DNA of 64,000 nucleotides from Selenomonadaceae bacterium (GTDB lineage Bacteria; Vulcanimicrobiota; Xenobia; Xenobiales; JADMJV01): NCBI GenBank assembly GCA_037189585.1, contig JBBCJA010000018.1, positions 887 to 64,886 of the forward strand, read 5' to 3'. Shown piece by piece: positions 62,533 to 64,000 of this stretch (position 1 is its first letter; each line of letters starts with the position of its first letter). The notes under the pieces were generated by a model. It saw only the letters and a program-made list of their open reading frames with translations, ran no database searches and was not told where the DNA came from. The position numbers and the translations under genes were made by a program.

Positions 62533-62561
62533 CAAAAAAGCCCCGCTCTTAAGCGAGGCTT
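62533..62561 (-). terminator. Rho-independent terminator of the CHAP gene
   Basis: On the reverse strand, aagcc-t-cgc pairs with gcg-g-ggctt, followed by T6 (the A-run 62534-62539 on +). Confidence 0.6.
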
Positions 62562-62583
62562 CCCTTGAATGGAAAAATCGAGT

Positions 62584-63423
62584 TTAGGACTTAGCGGCCC
62601 GCACGAATCCGGTCAGGCCGGGGTCACTGAAGGAATGCTTGCGTCGGGCAACCTTGTCGGACGTGTTACCTTCAATGGTATTGAAGGTTCCATCCTTATT
62701 GACCCCGGTCACCAGTCCGACGTGGGACTTGCCGTTCTGTTTCCAGACAACCACATCGCCCTCACGCAGCATTCCTGGATTACTTTTAGCCTGTGACGCG
62801 GGGATGAACTTTCCGTTGTCCTTACCCCATTTCAAAATGCCCGCTACCGAAGACTGGTGTCCCATCGCTGAGCCGCCGGAGTTCTTCAAGGCGGTGGAAA
62901 CGAAGTCCGCGCACCAAGCCTGCCAACGCCCATTTGAATAGCCACGAACCGTGTTGGGATTATTCCGCTCACTGACGCCTAGCTGGCTCTCGGCCCAGCG
63001 AACCGCGGCCGAGCCCTGTCCTCCGCCCGGTATTGCTCCACCCGGGTCGTTGACTCCGGTTCCACCGGGGACGTAGCTGTGGTCACGGCCGGTGTTACCG
63101 CCGAGAAAGTTCCCGCCTCCGGGAATACCGCCACCGAAGTTGGGCATTCCACCGCCCATACCAGGCATCCCGCCACCCATTCCGGGGACTCCGCCACCGA
63201 AGTTGGGCATCCCCATCGGCATTCCGCCCATGTTGCCCATTCCGCCGCCCATCATGTTGCCCATCATCAGGGTCATCATCATTTGCATCATCATCTGCAT
63301 CATCTGCATCATCATCTGCTGCATGGGGTTACCGCCGCCCATCATTCCCTGGTTGCCACCACACTGGCATCCACCCATTCCGGGGAATCCGCCACCGAGC
63401 ATCGACATCATGTTTAGCGCCAT
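62584..63423 (-). CDS. CHAP-domain amidase/peptidase with a Gly/Met/Gln-rich N-terminal region of about 110 aa
   Basis: The C-terminal CHAP blocks are WQAWCADFVS (Cys), KSHVGLVTG (His) and NTIEGNTS. The N-terminus is MMGGGNPMQQMMMQMMQMMMQMMMTLMMGNMMGGGMGNMGGMPMGMPNFGGG... Confidence 0.8.
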   Translation of the reverse strand: MALNMMSMLGGGFPGMGGCQCGGNQGMMGGGNPMQQMMMQMMQMMMQMMMTLMMGNMMGGGMGNMGGMPMGMPNFGGGVPGMGGGMPGMGGGMPNFGGGIPGGGNFLGGNTGRDHSYVPGGTGVNDPGGAIPGGGQGSAAVRWAESQLGVSERNNPNTVRGYSNGRWQAWCADFVSTALKNSGGSAMGHQSSVAGILKWGKDNGKFIPASQAKSNPGMLREGDVVVWKQNGKSHVGLVTGVNKDGTFNTIEGNTSDKVARRKHSFSDPGLTGFVRAAKS

Positions 63424-63619
63424 CGGGTTTCTGTGTCTCCTTGCGAGGAAGTTCTTAAGGACATTATAGACTTGGGGAAACGCCTGTTGAAAACCTCAAA
63501 CATTAACCAGATGTTACAAATGTTGCCAGATATTACAAAAACGTTGTGCTGACGTAAATCCTTGGTCAAGGATTTCACACCTGGTTTACACTTACTCCAA
63601 GATAGGACGAGTCACCCGA

Positions 63620-63961
63620 TTAAAGCTTGCCGAACAGGTCCTTGAGGAGATCCTTCTCGGCTTTCTGACTCTCCTGAAGGTCATCGAACAGAGAGGGCAG
63701 TTCCCCGCGCTCTTTCCGGGCTTTATCGCGCTCTTGAGCAAAAAGGTCGGGCGCCGAATCCTCAGGCTCGAGATCGGGAGGAAGCTCCAACATGCGGTGC
63801 AGTCGGGACTTCTCGGACTTGATAGAGTGCTTCTCCCCCTTGAGCTGCTTTTTGAGTTTGGCGTCAAGTTCGCGCTGCTCTCCCAGCGACTCCTTAATCC
63901 AATCGGTGGCTCCACTGGCCTCCAATTCTTCTCGGCTCGGCATATCCTCGTAGGGGTCCAT
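63620..63961 (-). CDS. Hypothetical charged helical protein
   Basis: 113-aa ORF. An overlapping 107-aa ORF in another frame looks less protein-like. Confidence 0.45.
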   Translation of the reverse strand: MDPYEDMPSREELEASGATDWIKESLGEQRELDAKLKKQLKGEKHSIKSEKSRLHRMLELPPDLEPEDSAPDLFAQERDKARKERGELPSLFDDLQESQKAEKDLLKDLFGKL

Positions 63962-64000
63962 GGCAGCTCCTTTCTAGGCCTGGCCTTCGACGGCGGAGGC

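Noticed and set aside
63092-63469. 125-aa Pro/Ile-rich ORF on the + strand
   Set aside because: It is the antisense mirror of the Gly/Met-rich coding repeat of the CHAP gene. The CHAP frame has a real catalytic domain.

Overview
This is a GC-rich bacterial chromosomal segment with about 55 credible protein genes, one canonical tRNA and several candidate structured RNAs. I saw no rRNA, CRISPR array, transposase, integrase or reverse transcriptase. All calls come from reading the ORF translations and hand-folding RNA; no database search or folding program was run. Hand-derived coordinates for RNA elements, promoters and terminators may be off by a few nt. Recognisable housekeeping and metabolic genes include Lon protease, CorA, a long U32 peptidase-family protein, a GH13/CBM48 glucan enzyme, a GH63/MGH1-like hydrolase and a PQQ-type sugar dehydrogenase. 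Others are a GT2 transferase, a HAD hydrolase, a GNAT, two esterases, a serpin, a thermolysin-like metalloprotease and a CHAP amidase. Signalling genes are three Hanks Ser/Thr kinases and an FHA-FHA-class III cyclase. Three paralogous minor-pseudopilin modules (GspI/J/K-like, with 581-985 aa K-like subunits) occur without any ATPase, platform or secretin gene in the window. Accessory or decaying content includes a frameshifted mqsR-like toxin at the left edge, and at 38.6-40.8 kb a decay patch (frameshifted marR-like gene, truncated AlkD-like gene, SDR gene with nonsense plus frameshift) ending in an intact mazEF pair. Gene-fragment scars at 49.1-49.3 kb suggest Campbell-type insertion of a 5.7-kb cassette carrying two kinases and a pseudopilin operon. 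The most unusual locus is 20.65-24.9 kb. It holds a promoter-to-terminator structured RNA of about 250 nt, then a 136-nt tRNA/tmRNA-TLD-like RNA ending in ACCA, then a 66-aa Gly-terminated putative ubiquitin-like protein. These are followed by a second 136-nt tRNA-like element closed by a long terminal helix, a TROVE-like+vWA (Ro60/Rsr-like) protein, an unknown 275-aa protein and a minimal ThiF/E1-like enzyme, with a U32 gene directly downstream. I do not recognise this combination as a described system.
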